From positions 76,857,505-76,891,321 of the forward strand of contig NC_068989.1 of assembly GCF_001194135.2 (NCBI RefSeq): a DNA stretch of 33,817 nucleotides, in the 5' to 3' direction. The stretch is from Octopus bimaculoides. Taxonomy: Eukaryota. Each line of letters begins with the position of its first letter. Position 1 is the stretch's first letter. Positions 20,908 to 33,817 of this stretch are shown piece after piece. The position numbers were made by a program, and so were the translations under genes. Under the pieces are notes generated by a model, which searched no databases, was not told the origin of the DNA, and worked only from the letters and a program-made list of their open reading frames with translations.

Positions 20908-23125
20908 TGAGAACAAAATAGAAGGAAAGAATTTCCTATGCAATACAATAAGCGCTCAGTAAATAGAGCTGACAGAATATAGAGTAATGTAGCTTTCAAT
21001 GAAAAGGCAACTTTTGATATATTGACAACCAGAAAACAAATTATTTTCCTAAATATATTTTTGGAAAGACATAATTCATCATCGAAAATATTTAATATAT
21101 AAATACAAAAGAATATATACAAATAATATATGAATATATAGATATAAAATATATACCCGTAGTATATTTAACCCTCATATTAGAATTTATTTTAGTTATC
21201 TGAACAAATTTTTATCGCAGCATAGGATACCTGGTCCAAGTATGAAGTCTTTTAAAATCTGTTAAATAATGTTTTAAACTTTTCAAATAATCCCTTATGA
21301 AGGAAATGTATATATTCGAGATGGGTACAAATAATACACCCATTCTGAAATACTTTTCCCGAAACAAGCGTAGGATATGTATGCATTTGATCTCTGGTCA
21401 TGGGCATTCGCTTTTTTTAGGTACTCATACTTCATTTTTATATTTTCGATTTTGTAATATAAACATCGCAATCAAAACACTTTATTGATCGTCTTATATC
21501 TTGTTAAAAAGAAACAAACCTCGTGGTGAGCGATGCCTATTGAATTAAAAAAGCAAATCTAAGTCAACGATGATCAAAATACCCTACTTAAGAGAAAGTT
21601 ATTTCGAATCTTGGCTTTATAATGATCACAATTGTTATTCGTTTGGAAATGTTTATGTCAATACTCAAACGATTAAACAGCTGTCACACTTTCATTTAAT
21701 TTCTTCTTGTGTATCCTCTAGTAGATGCGACAGAGATTTATAGGTATCACGATGAATTTTAAACTTTCCTGTTAAAGTCGTGTGACAAACCTAAATATTA
21801 TGAGTGCCTATAATTTAATTCCCTTTTCGAGTTTCTGTTCCCATATAAGGAACAATGCATCTTAAAATTTACATTTAAAATCAGGTGTAATGTTGCATTC
21901 AGAGATACAACAACTTTTACCGTTCGCAATAGACACATTACCAAATGGGTCCTTTTCTGCTATTGTGAAATGTTGTTTCAATTCTCGATTACATTCGGTA
22001 CATGTTATCGTCTCTACACCATATTACAGATCGGAGATTGAACCAAAAATCTCATAACATATGTTATGAAAAACATAACGCTCATAAAGTATGTACCGTA
22101 AAACCCACAAAATATGTTGATCAGAACATTAGCAGAGATCTGTAAAAGGATTTCATAATTTCAAATTGAATTCAAGAAAATAGAACATTCCTTTCCGAAA
22201 ACGTATGTCTTTTAATTTGCGACAAGTGTTTGAAGGAAACAAAGCATACGATCGTTTTAGCATGGGTATACGGGAGATTAAATGACATTATGGGACCTGG
22301 CTGTTATTAGACTGAAGCACAAGGTACGTCGTGCTCAGAGCTGCAGACACTACCACTGCTTGGCACAAGGTTGCTAAGTTCATTTTCGTTTCAGACAGGT
22401 CACATATAAACATGCGTACGCACACAAATGAATGCATATATATATATATATATATATACAAGCATACATATATCTCTATGTTTATGACCATCTGTGTGTG
22501 TATTGTGTGCGTGCATGTGAGTGTGTGTGAAAGTGTAAATGTATAAATTGTATAACTTGAACAAACTGGGGAAACAATTACTCGAACAAAAAAAAAAAAT
22601 TATGAAGTAAAAGTTTGAAGGAAAAATTATTGTAAACAAACGGTAAATTATATTTTACTTTGGGCTTGAAAGGTGGTAAAATAAAAACAAAAATTAATAT
22701 AAACCACTGGAAGAGAAATGTCAAGTACTTCACATACGAAGCAAAAATAGTAAAATACTTGAAAATATAGAATATATAAAAATAAATTTTAACTGTAGCA
22801 ATAATGGTTTCTCCACGTTTTGAGAGAAGATATAAGACTAAAACAAACAAAAAAGATATAATACAGAAATAAAGATTATATAAAAAAAAAATGTTTTTAC
22901 ATATCGCACGAATTTCAATGTTTTAATTCTAGTTATAACATTTAAAGGAAAATCGAACTTTATCAAAGTAGTTTTAGAAAAAGACCTGTAACAGGGTGAA
23001 AAATGCTACATTATTATTCAACTGTTATTTAAAGAAAATATATTTTATAACGAATAAGTTTTTAAAGCTTTTCCTGCATCTTTCAGTCAATATTTGATCT
23101 TTGATTGTACGAAAATTTCCACAGA

Positions 23126-23149
23126 TACACACACACACACCACACACAC

Positions 23150-23187
<38 letters not shown>

Positions 23188-23193
23188 ACACAC

Positions 23194-23231
<38 letters not shown>
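23126..23231. repeat. (CA)n(TA)n compound microsatellite
   Basis: Direct reading. Confidence 0.95.
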
Positions 23232-23234
<3 letters not shown>

Positions 23235-23615
23235 GAGAAGAAGAGAACAAGAGAGAGACAGACACCTATATAGAAATAAATATAGATATACGTATATATA
23301 GATGTATGCTTGTACGTATGTATAAACAACATAAACACGCATATACATATATATATATAAAGACTCCTTGAACTTTCGCATATGTATTTACGTTAGGAAT
23401 TTCGATAGGAACTTTCAAAAGTTTAAAACAATAGGAAGAAAAAGCGCGATTCGTTTATACATGACTTACTGTAAGTTAAACACGTTGAAGAAAATAGTTC
23501 AGTTTTTCTGTAATTAAACTTACTGACAAAAACAATATAAAGATATAATACAAGCTCAAAACAATTGCCATATGTACGTGTATATAGATATCTGTGTTTG
23601 AGTATATATTAATAT

Positions 23616-23617
23616 GT

Positions 23618-23649
<32 letters not shown>

Positions 23650-23653
23650 ACAC

Positions 23654-23689
<36 letters not shown>

Positions 23690-23782
23690 NNNNNNNNNNA
23701 TATATATGTGTGTGTGTGTGTGTGTTTGTGTGTGTGTATATGTATATATATATAAAACTGAGAATGTGTGTGTGTGTCTGTC
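23616..23782. repeat. (CA)n(TA)n(TG)n mirror-like compound microsatellite with gap 23690-23699
   Basis: Direct reading. Confidence 0.9.
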
Positions 23783-23849
23783 TGTATGTGTGCACAACGG
23801 AAACTCAAGAAATACACAACCGATTTCAATCAAATTTTACACATGCCCT

Positions 23850-24351
23850 ACTTAGGTTCCATGTAGTGTCATGAGCCAAGAAATGTTCAACTTCTTACCT
23901 AATGCGAGCCCCGAGAAATCTATTATCTCTTACACTATTTCAATATTGCGGGAAATGTAATCTTTGAGGATGATAATGCACAAATTCACCCAGCTAAACT
24001 TATAACTGAATATCACAAGGAACATTCTAGATAAGTTGAACATCTTATCTGGCCACAGATCCTCAGATCTCAATATTAGTGTACATTTATGGTGCGTTTT
24101 GGAAAGACAAGTAAGGGGTCAATATCATCCACCATCGTCACTACAAGAAAAGAACTGGAGACTGTTTTAGATAAAGAACGGACAAAATTTCCTTTCAAGA
24201 CAATTCAAAGATTGCACGAGTCCACATCCCCGTAGATTTCAAGGTATAATTACTGGCAAAGGCGGTCCTACCCCAATATTAAAATGAATTTATTTATAAC
24301 TTTAAGGTGTAAAAATTTCAAAATATTTCCATTAATTTGTCCAACCCTGTA
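23850..24351 (+). mobile_element. Tc1/mariner DNA transposon 3' half with right TIR; transposase pseudogene
   Basis: AGNVIFEDDNAQIHPAK..HLIWP/SSDLNISVHLWCVLERQVR..PPSSLQE/ELETVL..IQRLHES/PRRFQGIITGKGGPTPY* across frames (Tc1 FQDDNAP..H, WP..SPDLNPIE motifs). Ends tttgtccaaccctg followed by TA. Confidence 0.9.
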
Positions 24352-24445
24352 CATATATATTTATAGATGTATATCGATATAAACATATATAAGTATAAAG
24401 CATATTAGTATAGATAAGTATGCATATATACATACACACATAGAT

Positions 24446-24963
24446 ATGTATATATATATATATNNNNNNNNNNNNNNNNNNNNNNNNNNNNNNNNNNNNN
24501 NNNNNNNNNNNNNNNNNNNNNNNNNNNNNNNNNNNNNNNNNNNNNNNNNNNNNNNNNNNNNNNNNNNNNNNNNNNNNNNNNNNNNNNNNNNNNNNNNNNN
24601 NNNNNNNNNNNNNNNNNNNNNNNNNNNNNNNNNNNNNNNNNNNNNNNNNNNNNNNNNNNNNNNNNNNNNNNNNNNNNNNNNNNNNNNNNNNNNNNNNNNN
24701 NNNNNNNNNNNNNNNNNNNNNNNNNNNNNNNNNNNNNNNNNNNNNNNNNNNNNNNNNNNNNNNNNNNNNNNNNNNNNNNNNNNNNNNNNNNNNNNNNNNN
24801 NNNNNNNNNNNNNNNNNNNNNNNNNNNNNNNNNNNNNNNNNNNNNNNNNNNNNNNNNNNNNNNNNNNNNNNNNNNNNNNNNNNNNNNNNNNNNNNNNNNN
24901 NNNNNNNNNNNNNNNNNNNNNNNNNNNNNNNNNNNNNNNNNNNNNNNNNNNNNNNNNTATATA
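24446..24963. repeat. (TA)n arrays around assembly gap 24464-24957
   Basis: Direct reading. Confidence 0.9.
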
Positions 24964-25372
24964 TTTTTTTCTCATATGATAAGCATTAAGAAACTTGGAG
25001 GTAAATGAATAAATCATTTCATCGACAGAACACGAATTTGATAGTGCTAGAAATAATAGCGTGTAAACATTCCTTTTAAAATCATTGGATGTGTGAAATC
25101 GATGGCTGACTGTAAAAATCGACAATATGTTTTACATAAACATGTCAGATGTTCTACCATTGTACCAATACAATCGTTTCAACCTCTGCATGACATAGAG
25201 AAACTTTGTTTTCAGGAAGATTTATATGTTGTTCACTTCCTAAGAATTTAGGAACACTGAAAGCAATCGATTTAATGCCTAGCATCTTTACATAATAAAT
25301 GGATTCCCACGTCCAACCTTCAAATTGTTCTATCGAACGTATCTTTTAAGCTAATTTTTACACGATAAAAAC

Positions 25373-25580
25373 ACAACGAGATCGCAGAGTCGTTACCACG
25401 CTGATCAAAATTCTCATCGTCGTTTCGTCTGCCAGTTGTTCTGAGCTCTAATTCCACTGACTATACATTTCATCCTTTCGGGATTGATAAAATATATACC
25501 AATTGAGCACCGGTGCCGATGAAATTGACTTATACCCTCCCCCGTAACTGCTGGCTTGAATCAAAATTTGAGATCAATAT
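25373..25580 (+). mobile_element. SINE family A, diverged
   Basis: acgagatcgcagagtcgttacc...tttcatcctttcgggattgataaaat...gagcaccggtgccgatg...aaaatttgag. Confidence 0.8.
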
Positions 25581-25950
25581 TTACACGCAGTTGTCGCACA
25601 AATTTCGTTGATCTCTGGTAATAGGTATCTAGTAATATCTCACGTGCTGTGATGCTCGATATTTGTGGTATTCCGAAACATTTTGTGGACGATCTGAAAT
25701 GAGTCATAAACTTCCAACGTATTTTTGATTCGACTGCTGTTACGTCGCCTAGGAGTATTTATCTGAAACTCTATCTTAAATTGTCTTTGCATTTCGAGTA
25801 CGTTAGTTGCAACTTACGAGAGATTTACTTCCTCCAAAACTTAGTCTTGTTGAATTTATTAATTTATTTTTAGTAAATCTGAAATAAAAGGGAAAATGTG
25901 AGATTTATCAACAGTTAGACAGTGTACTCTTGTACACATCTGTGCACGAG

Positions 25951-25951
<1 letters not shown>

Positions 25952-25992
<41 letters not shown>
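25952..25992. repeat. (CA)n microsatellite
   Basis: Direct reading. Confidence 0.95.
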
Positions 25993-25996
<4 letters not shown>

Positions 25997-26351
25997 TAGT
26001 GTTGAACGGAATATGAAATAAAAATTAGAAGTTGGAATAAAGTGAAGTAAATTTCCTACAATTTCTGCATCAGACTGATATTAATAATTTCTGCATAAGA
26101 AAAAATGCAACAAAAAGACATAGAAAAAAATATAAAATAAAGAAAAGAAAAGAAAACGTTTGATGCTAGTAATATCTTTCCACTAATGTTCAACACAAGC
26201 ATTGTTATTGCGTCACTGACCTGTTTACGCACGGATGATTAGATATATTAAGACGTCATTGTAGATATTAATTAGTATAGAGCAATAAAAGAAAATTTAA
26301 ATACTTATGTTGTTTTACTTGGTGATGGTATTATCATTTATACTCTTTTAG

Positions 26352-26565
26352 GGCGGTGAGCTAGCAGAATCGTTAGTGCGCTAGACGAAATGCTGAGCAG
26401 CATTTCGATCGTCACTACGATTTGAGTTCAAATTCCGCCGAGGACCACTTTGCCTATCATCCTTCAGCGTCGTCAAAAAAAAGTATCAGTTGAACACCGG
26501 AGTCGATGTAATCGATTCATCCCCTTCCCTAAATTTGCTGGCCTTGCTGCAGAATTTGAAACCAT
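26352..26565 (+). mobile_element. SINE family A, full length
   Basis: ggcggtgagctagcagaatcgttag...gagttcaaattccgccgagg...tcatccttc...ggagtcgatgtaatcga...gctggccttg...tttgaaacc. Confidence 0.9.
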
Positions 26566-26665
26566 TGTATATCCTTTTGTTCTGCTTAGTCCATTTTGCC
26601 TTTCTGTTAACTCTATCCATATCTGTGCATGCATTTGCCATCTGATATCTGTGTGTCTGGGTATA

Positions 26666-26720
26666 CGTGTGTGTGTGTGTGTGTGTGTGTGTGTTCGTGT
26701 GCGCGTGCGTGTCTATGTGT
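26666..26720. repeat. (TG)n microsatellite
   Basis: Direct reading. Confidence 0.9.
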
Positions 26721-27182
26721 TTAGTATCTGTGTTTTGTGTACGTGTAAAGCATAAACGAAATATTTATGGGCTTTCGTAAATGATAAATATGTTTTTTGG
26801 CGGTAATTATTTTCTCGTCAATACATGAACACAAATAAAGGTACCTACGAAACAACTACAGGCACTGAACATTATAATGTTTCATTATTATCGTAACGTG
26901 TACCTTTATGGAACTTCGAAGTTTGTGATGCATATTGATTCATCGGAAAATGTTTAATACATAACAATTTAAATAAAAGAAAATCTAATGTTACGCAAAT
27001 CTCAAATATTTTAAATCGATTTTTGTGAAATTTTCACCACTTTTACAGTTTGTTTTGTTTATTACATATATAGTTCTAACACATATGCAATAAATTAAAC
27101 TGTGTATAATATACATATATATATATATGTATATATATAATACACGCACACTCACAAATACCCATATACACACACATATATG

Positions 27183-27490
27183 CCTGACTGTGCGTTGCGG
27201 AGTTGACTTCACAATTGCATGATCTCGGGTTCAGTCTCAGTGCGTGGCACCTTGGGCAAGTGATTTCTACCATATACATACATACATACTTATGCGTGGG
27301 CCTTTATGTTTCTATTTCTCCCGACTCGCTCTTGACAGCTTGTGTTGGCCTCTTTTGTCCTGTAACATAGCGTTTCGGCAAAAGAAACTGAAAGAATAAG
27401 TACCAGGGGTTAATTGTTTCGAATGAAATTCTTTAACGCTCTGCTCCTGCATGGCCGCAGTCTCATGATTGAAAGAGAGAGAAGATAATA
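27183..27490 (+). mobile_element. SINE family B with both halves and a short internal (TACA)n
   Basis: cgggttcagtctcagtgcgtggcaccttgggcaagtg..ttctac, then atacatacatacat, then cttgacagc...cggcaaaaga...aataagtacc...catggccgcagtc...gattgaaag. Confidence 0.8.
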
Positions 27491-28374
27491 GATAAAACAT
27501 ATATAACAGTCAGCTAGCCTAAAAAAAAATGTTATCAATAAAAGCACACCGAATTTAATCTTATGTCACTAGAAATATTTTTCGCTAAACGATGTTGTTC
27601 CATAATTTGGCTATAAGCCTGTGGCTGAATTTCTCCTATGAAATATAAAACCATAAGATATTTGTAATATATTTTTAATGAATACGTATTTCCTTTATGC
27701 ACCAATGTATGTTCAATTTGATAAATTATACGTTTGAAATACAGTTTTACATATTTTTCTTTAATGATATTGCTTATAATTGTAATTTAATTCAAGTTGA
27801 ATCATACATAAATTCAGTAGATATTACATACATGGTATGATATTCGTAATTTTTGGAAAATGTCATTGATTTTGAGGTCAGGATCAAGACAATTATATCT
27901 GCTCCAGTGACGAGCCAGGACAAATGTCAGTTCACCATATGATCGATACGCTAGCGAATTTGCCAATTAGTCGCCTTTTGAATATAGAGTACAATGGTAA
28001 CTTAAACAGCATGGATTTCAATATAAATCATTTTTGAACTTTATGCTCAATGAAACTAATTTAAAACAGTTTATATTAGCAAAACTATCGTCTCAAATTA
28101 AACATTTTGATATTTTGCAAACCTCGAATTTACACAGAAAATTAATCTGCAATACTATGAACCATTTTTAGAGTCATCGTCCTGAGGTCTCATAAATCCC
28201 TAATGGTATCTAGATTGTAATGTGTCGAAAAGAAGATTTTGCCAATATGCATGATATTTTTTGGCACGGGGTTGTTCTTTTAGGCTGATTCTTTTCTGCT
28301 TTAGCAAGGCACCGAGGAGACATTTGTACTTCCGTTAATTCTTTTCATACCACTTTATTCACAACACTATCTAT

Positions 28375-28378
28375 GTGC

Positions 28379-28415
<37 letters not shown>

Positions 28416-28511
28416 NNNNNNNNNNNNNNNNNNNNNNNNNNNNNNNNNNNNNNNNNNNNNNNNNNNNNNNNNNNNNNNNNNNNNNNNNNNNNNNNNNNNN
28501 NNNNNNNNNNN

Positions 28512-28541
<30 letters not shown>
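28375..28541. repeat. (TA)n, assembly gap 28416-28511, (AG)n
   Basis: Direct reading. Confidence 0.9.
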
Positions 28542-28545
<4 letters not shown>

Positions 28546-29415
28546 GTACATGTATATGTGCATGTATGAATATATGTGTATAGCGTATTCCAGAGGAAAG
28601 CCCTTGAGCTGAAAAAAGTTAATATATGATTCTCTCCTCGATATATTTCTCGTTAAATAAAAAGAAAGTTGATATTCTATTTCCAAATATGTATATAGCT
28701 ATGTGAAAGGCTAAATTTCACAACTTAAGAAGAATACAGCCGTCTATCCCAGCAGCACACGATTTGATATATCTGAGATCAAGCTGATCTTATCGATTTA
28801 AAAATGAAACATAATAAATTATAAGAAAGTGAAAGAGAAGAAAATACTAAGAGGAAGTCATTTCCAGACAAAATTCGTTCTCAGCGGCAGACAATATGTA
28901 GCAATACAATATTTGGTGATTCATATAGTAGTACAATACGGATAATAAACTACTACAGGCCAATTATATGAGTACAATTGTTAGTCTTATTCTAAAACAA
29001 AGTTTAAATATTATCATTTCCCGAATAGATATCAAATGAAATTACTAACCGACATTTAACATTCTAGTAAATCAATATATCTTGTACAAACGTTTCGTTG
29101 TTAATCAATATAGCTGTTATATATTTTTAAAAAAAATTGAATTAAGAAATTTGCTTCCAGTATTGTCCTATCATTGTAATATAAGTCTTTGAAAGTCACG
29201 TGCCACAATTTAATGATACATGCTGACTAATTACAGGTATTTCTGAATTGAATGTAGAACGTTTTAAATAAGAAATATCGGCATTTTACACTGCGTACGT
29301 ATCATAAAAAACTGCAATTCTAATAAAAATTCTCTGTTGTTCATTTAAATCAATAGATTCATGAAAGCTATTGTAAAAGAGTATAAAGAATGAAGCAAAA
29401 AAATATGAATTTTTA

Positions 29416-29528
29416 TCCGTGGTTCTTAGTGTAGTCACATTGCTTGTCACCTTGGGCAAGTGTTTTCTACTATGGCCCCAGACCGATCAAAACCTTGTAA
29501 GTGGATTTGGTTGACGGAGACTATATAT
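29416..29528 (+). mobile_element. SINE family B 5'-half fragment
   Basis: caccttgggcaagtgttttctactatggccccagaccgatcaaaaccttgtaagtggatttggttgacggagac, then tatata. Confidence 0.75.
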
Positions 29529-32500
29529 CAGGTTGAATAAAATGTAAGCAACGTTTTGAACCATGAAGAATTTGTATCAGATTTTTGCAGAGTTTGGCAT
29601 TTTTAAACAATTAAAAAAAAACTGTCTGATAATACAGATACAGACTTGTCCAAATGGACCAATAAATCAACATCGTTAGTCTAAAGAATATACAATGACC
29701 CCCGCTATATACTAAGTTTGCTTTAGATAATTAAAAGATTCCACAAAAATGTGTCTTATAAATTTGAAGGGCATAAGAGATGTACAATCAATTATCAAAA
29801 TATCTACCCAAAAAGATTTTTTTTTCAACTATTTTTGTTATCGTAAACACCACTGTTCTTGAATCAATGAATAATCTGTATGTTGATGGAGCATAATAAG
29901 AGAACATGTGCATAACTGTCCTTTACCTACTAATTAAGTATACATATGCTCCTCAATATTGGATAGTAGGTTGATGAAATTTATTCACAGCTTCTTGAAA
30001 TAATTTAGCTGACATTTTAGAGTTACTAGGTTTTAGTTTCTTTTAACATCGATAAAATTTCAATTAAACGAGAAACATTTTGTATGGGCCATTAAATAAA
30101 TTACTCCTTGCTCAGATTATTTCATTAGCCGACTTTGGTAATTTACCTTGAAATGTTCTATTTTTAATAGCTATCACTTGTTTTAGCGTTTAAAAAATTT
30201 TCTCCCGATTAAGCCAGGCAAAATAAGGTTATGCATTAAAGTATCAGTATAACCAAAGCGTATGAATAACTATCTTTTGCTGCAAAAAATCTGGGATCTC
30301 TTCCTCTGTGAGTTACTTTTGTGAAATTAATTCGACTTTTCTTGACTTTACTTATTTTCTTCGACTGAAAGTAAAATTCAAAATAATTGAGAAATTTAGC
30401 ATTTGTCATTCCTTAAATCAGCCCTTAGCTTATCTCAATTCAAACTCTTGGTCCACATGTGTTGTCTTCCTTAACTCATTTTATTTTTTATAATTATGCA
30501 AATGGTAAATTAAATAAGTTTTCTCGAACTTTAGTGGCACTTGACGCGACGCCAACGCTATCCTTTCTGTAATTCACCGAAGGAGGGATGTAGATACGTT
30601 TCTCGTTAACTTCCATAACACAGTAATTTAACGCCATATCAGAAACTCAATTCATCGTGTAGTCTTTTTTATGTACATTAAGTTTTTCATGGCATATCTA
30701 TTAAATTGGCCATTCTGTATACAATATATACTAAAACTGTTTGGAACTAAGTAAATGAGAAAACAATGTTCATTTTAACTATATCAGATTGAAAGTTTAA
30801 ACTTTTAAGAAATATTATAAGCTGCGTTTCATAATTGATCTACCGTTGCATGTTAGATATCTGATAGAAGCAAAAACTCCAGACTGTTAAGTCCTGAATA
30901 TAAGAGAATTCTCTTAACGAGGTGAACTGTTTTGTATTGTTTGTGCACTACTTCAATAGAAGCAGTCATTTAAATTATAAACGTTATAACTGGACATTGT
31001 CGTACTTCAGATGACCCTTCTCAATATATCTGGTAGTTTTCTCGCTTGATGTTTGTTTTGTCTTCTTAGCTGATATTTTGGGTCTTTTCACTGTAATGCC
31101 GGTAATGGTTTTAAGGAAGGGATGGCAGTAGAGAAAGTCAATGTTACCTAGGAAACAATCTGTACCTAGTATAGCAAATGCAATAGAGAGGATTGTTCTC
31201 GATCTGGTGCGACTAAGAAATAATTCAGTTGTTGATTGAAGCTAATTCACTTTATATGCCTTTCGTTATAATATGTAGTGCCTTTGTATCCAGATGCAAA
31301 GAACCAAGCATGCAGCTGGCTCACTGCTTTTATATTTATGAGAACTTTACGTTATGGTGCTTAATTCTTGATATATGTGAGCGTAGAAAGTATAAAAATC
31401 AAGAATCTTGGTTACGTCTGTTATGTGAATGAACTCTTCTGTTAGTAATGCAAGCATTACGCCAGCATACTTATAATTCACCCACACATTCTGATATGGG
31501 GAAAATTATTTCGTCAGCTGTTTTTTTTTTCTTCTTCGCGTGTGGAAGAACACACGGCTTTAGTCGGTTGGAAATCTCGAAATATAAAGATTCCATTTCC
31601 GTATAACAGTTGAATCGATGTTCCTTTGAACAATAAGAGAACATTTGATGTAGGAAAAATAAATATTTTATGTCGGTCTAGGGAAAACATTTGTATGTAT
31701 TAAAAGTAATTTGCAGACAATATCTTCATCAAACACTTGCTTCTCAAAGAAATGTTAAATGGTTCAAACAATTGTAATAAAACCTATCTAGAATGAGTCA
31801 AGTGAAAAGAAATACGGAACCGTCCTATATTCAGCGCAGACGTTAGTATATTATTGCTGTTTTATATGGAAAAAACAATGAATCCCCAGAGAAGTAATAT
31901 AGTTTCACGGTATAGAAAGTGGCCTATAGAATTAGTTGCGATGTTCAATGTATTGCATACGATGTTGGTGTAGTTAGTCTAAAACAATCTCAATACTGCA
32001 GCCTGAATTGAAATGGCGGAACAGATAGCTCTAACTAGAACTGACGGGAGATTTGAAATTATTATGAGATTTTGGCAATGAGGACTGTTTCACACATGAT
32101 TGGTGGAGCACTTGGCATTCCATTCTGAATATGATTCCACTTTGGAAATTCTGTTTCATTGAAGACATTTATTACAGCCACACATTGCGATTAATGCCCC
32201 ACTTAGTTATGTAATCTTTTCAAGACACTGTTACAGATACAATGCAAAAAGCTGCTTTCACTCGATTCCTTACAATAAATCTCATTAATGTCACATGAAT
32301 TTCTTTTAGCTTTTATCCTATGTGATTTTTTTTCTAAATTAAGCTTTCTTTCCTTACTTCATGAATTATTCCTTCTATGTGGGAATCAAAATCTCTAGAC
32401 CCAAAGAGTCTGCAACGATGCACTTTTCACTGCGATCACTATATCAAATAAAAAAAAGATTAAGGAGTTTTAATTCTTTTCACTTTAGAAGGTATAAAAT

Positions 32501-32707
32501 GTTAGCCAATACAAAGGAGATGCATAGAAATATATTGATCAATTGATCATATAGTATATATATTGAGATTCGTGTAGGAGAACATATTTCATGAACTATT
32601 TCAATACCAATACATACACACGCGTGTGTCTATATATTTGAGTGTGACTGCATAATGACTTTCAGTTAAAAATTGTGCTTACACGTACCTAAGTAGACTT
32701 ACATTCA

Positions 32708-32710
32708 TGC

Positions 32711-32749
<39 letters not shown>

Positions 32750-32797
32750 TTCCTGGGGCTAAAAGCAACAGTAACATCCACCCCTATATATATACAA

Positions 32798-32835
<38 letters not shown>

Positions 32836-32935
32836 GTCTGTCTATCTATCTATTTGTCTGTCTGTCTGTATGTAAGTATATGTGTGTGTTTGTGTGTGTG
32901 CTTGTGTGTGTGCGCGCATAAGTGTGTATGCGTGC
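32708..32935. repeat. Microsatellite cluster: (TA)n, (ATCT)n grading into (GTCT)n, (TG)n
   Basis: Direct reading. Confidence 0.9.
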
Positions 32936-33171
32936 AAAATGCATATCCGAGCATATGCATGTTATAGACATCTCTGAGTCTTTCGCATGGTTATAATTAG
33001 TTATTGCTATATACCTAACAATTCAAATGCGTGTACTAAAACATACAGTTAAGCAAGATGGAGAGAGAGTAATAGAGAGGGAAAGAGAGAGACAGAAGGA
33101 ATATAATACAATATCCGAAAAATAATATGCATAGACGTAAATCCAGGTTCTTTTATTTTCATGTAAAAAGA

Positions 33172-33229
33172 TGCACACACACACGCACGCGCACACACAC
33201 ACACACACACACACAGACACATACACACA

Positions 33230-33265
<36 letters not shown>
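33172..33265. repeat. (CA)n imperfect microsatellite
   Basis: Direct reading. Confidence 0.95.
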
Positions 33266-33267
<2 letters not shown>

Positions 33268-33795
33268 ACACGAGACAGAGTAAAAAAGAAAACATAATGC
33301 AACAATTAATTGGATATGGAGAAACACGAAGTTCGCTTGTAGCTTTGGGAATGTTGCCAAAAAACTGGGTAGACATTGGTTAAACTGCTATCGTTGTAAA
33401 GCAAACAAAAAACTCAGTCGTAATATGTAATATCAAGAGAAAACCGTACTAGAGAGAACCGTATATTTTGTAGCGCCAAAAATACTTTGTCAATAAACAA
33501 TGTTTAGACACATTGCAGTAACATCGAGACTCTCTGCAGTTGAATTTCATTATTAGCTATTAACTATTAATCTGTATATAAATCGCTTACTGAGATGTGC
33601 AGCCTAAATTTGTTGTTTCATTTCCTAATTGCGTTTTGCATGCATTACAGTGTTTTCCAGATGCATATCATTAGGATTCTTGCATTTATCTGGAGATTCA
33701 TGTCATTGAGTTTTAAGATTCAATTTTTAACTTCTAATACGTATATAGACATCTATATTTCGGTGTGTATCTTTATAAGTATGTATATGAATATG

Positions 33796-33817
33796 ACTAT
33801 ATATATATATATATATA
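33796..33817. repeat. (TA)n at the window end
   Basis: Direct reading. Confidence 0.9.

Noticed and set aside
2118-26430. tRNA-like heads with A and B boxes (2118, 8166, 26352 and others)
   Set aside because: No complete cloverleaf; each continues into a SINE body, so they are not tRNA genes
30988-31240. About 84-codon stop-to-stop minus frame, and a plus-strand acceptor at ~31069 followed by ADILGLFTVMP (vaguely like GPCR TM2)
   Set aside because: Open frames this long are expected several times by chance in six frames of 34 kb. The GPCR-like stretch hits a stop within a few codons and has no other helices.
3098-33383. Long ORFs in the supplied track rich in YI, CV, HT or ER dipeptides or X
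   Set aside because: They are translations of (TA)n, (TG)n, (CA)n, (AG)n arrays and N-gaps, not genes
1-33817. CRISPR arrays, operons or other prokaryotic systems
   Set aside because: No regularly spaced repeat-spacer structure and no prokaryote-like gene density; the content is eukaryotic repeats

Overview
AT-rich eukaryotic, apparently intergenic or intronic DNA from a short-read assembly: nine N-gaps, each flanked by (TA)n, (CA)n or (AG)n arrays. The repeat content suggests a coleoid cephalopod, probably Octopus (inference from recalled repeat families, not a database search). I found no host protein-coding gene, tRNA or rRNA; most of the supplied ORF track is microsatellite, gap or antisense artefact. 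What can be supported is transposable-element derived. (1) A nested retroelement cluster at 12.36-15.43 kb: a decayed minus-strand Penelope-like element (PLE; RT + GIY-YIG + 3' terminus), an RTE-clade LINE fragment split by a 75-bp insertion with a 13-bp target-site duplication, and a second, plus-strand PLE fragment whose GIY-YIG frame is open for 233 codons. (2) A solo PLE 3' terminus at 3.50-3.77 kb with an intact minimal hammerhead ribozyme core, plus two degenerate hammerheads (6.61-6.67 kb, 12.45-12.48 kb). (3) About a dozen tRNA-derived SINE copies or fragments of three families. (4) The 3' half of a Tc1 transposon. The most interesting signals are the hammerhead relics, PLE termini that end exactly at (TA)n, and a PLE terminus that appears to sit inside the internal microsatellite of a SINE. 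I see no convincing evidence of a wholly new system; these are variants of known element biology. TE boundaries are by eye (about +/-10-20 bp unless fixed by a TSD or TIR).
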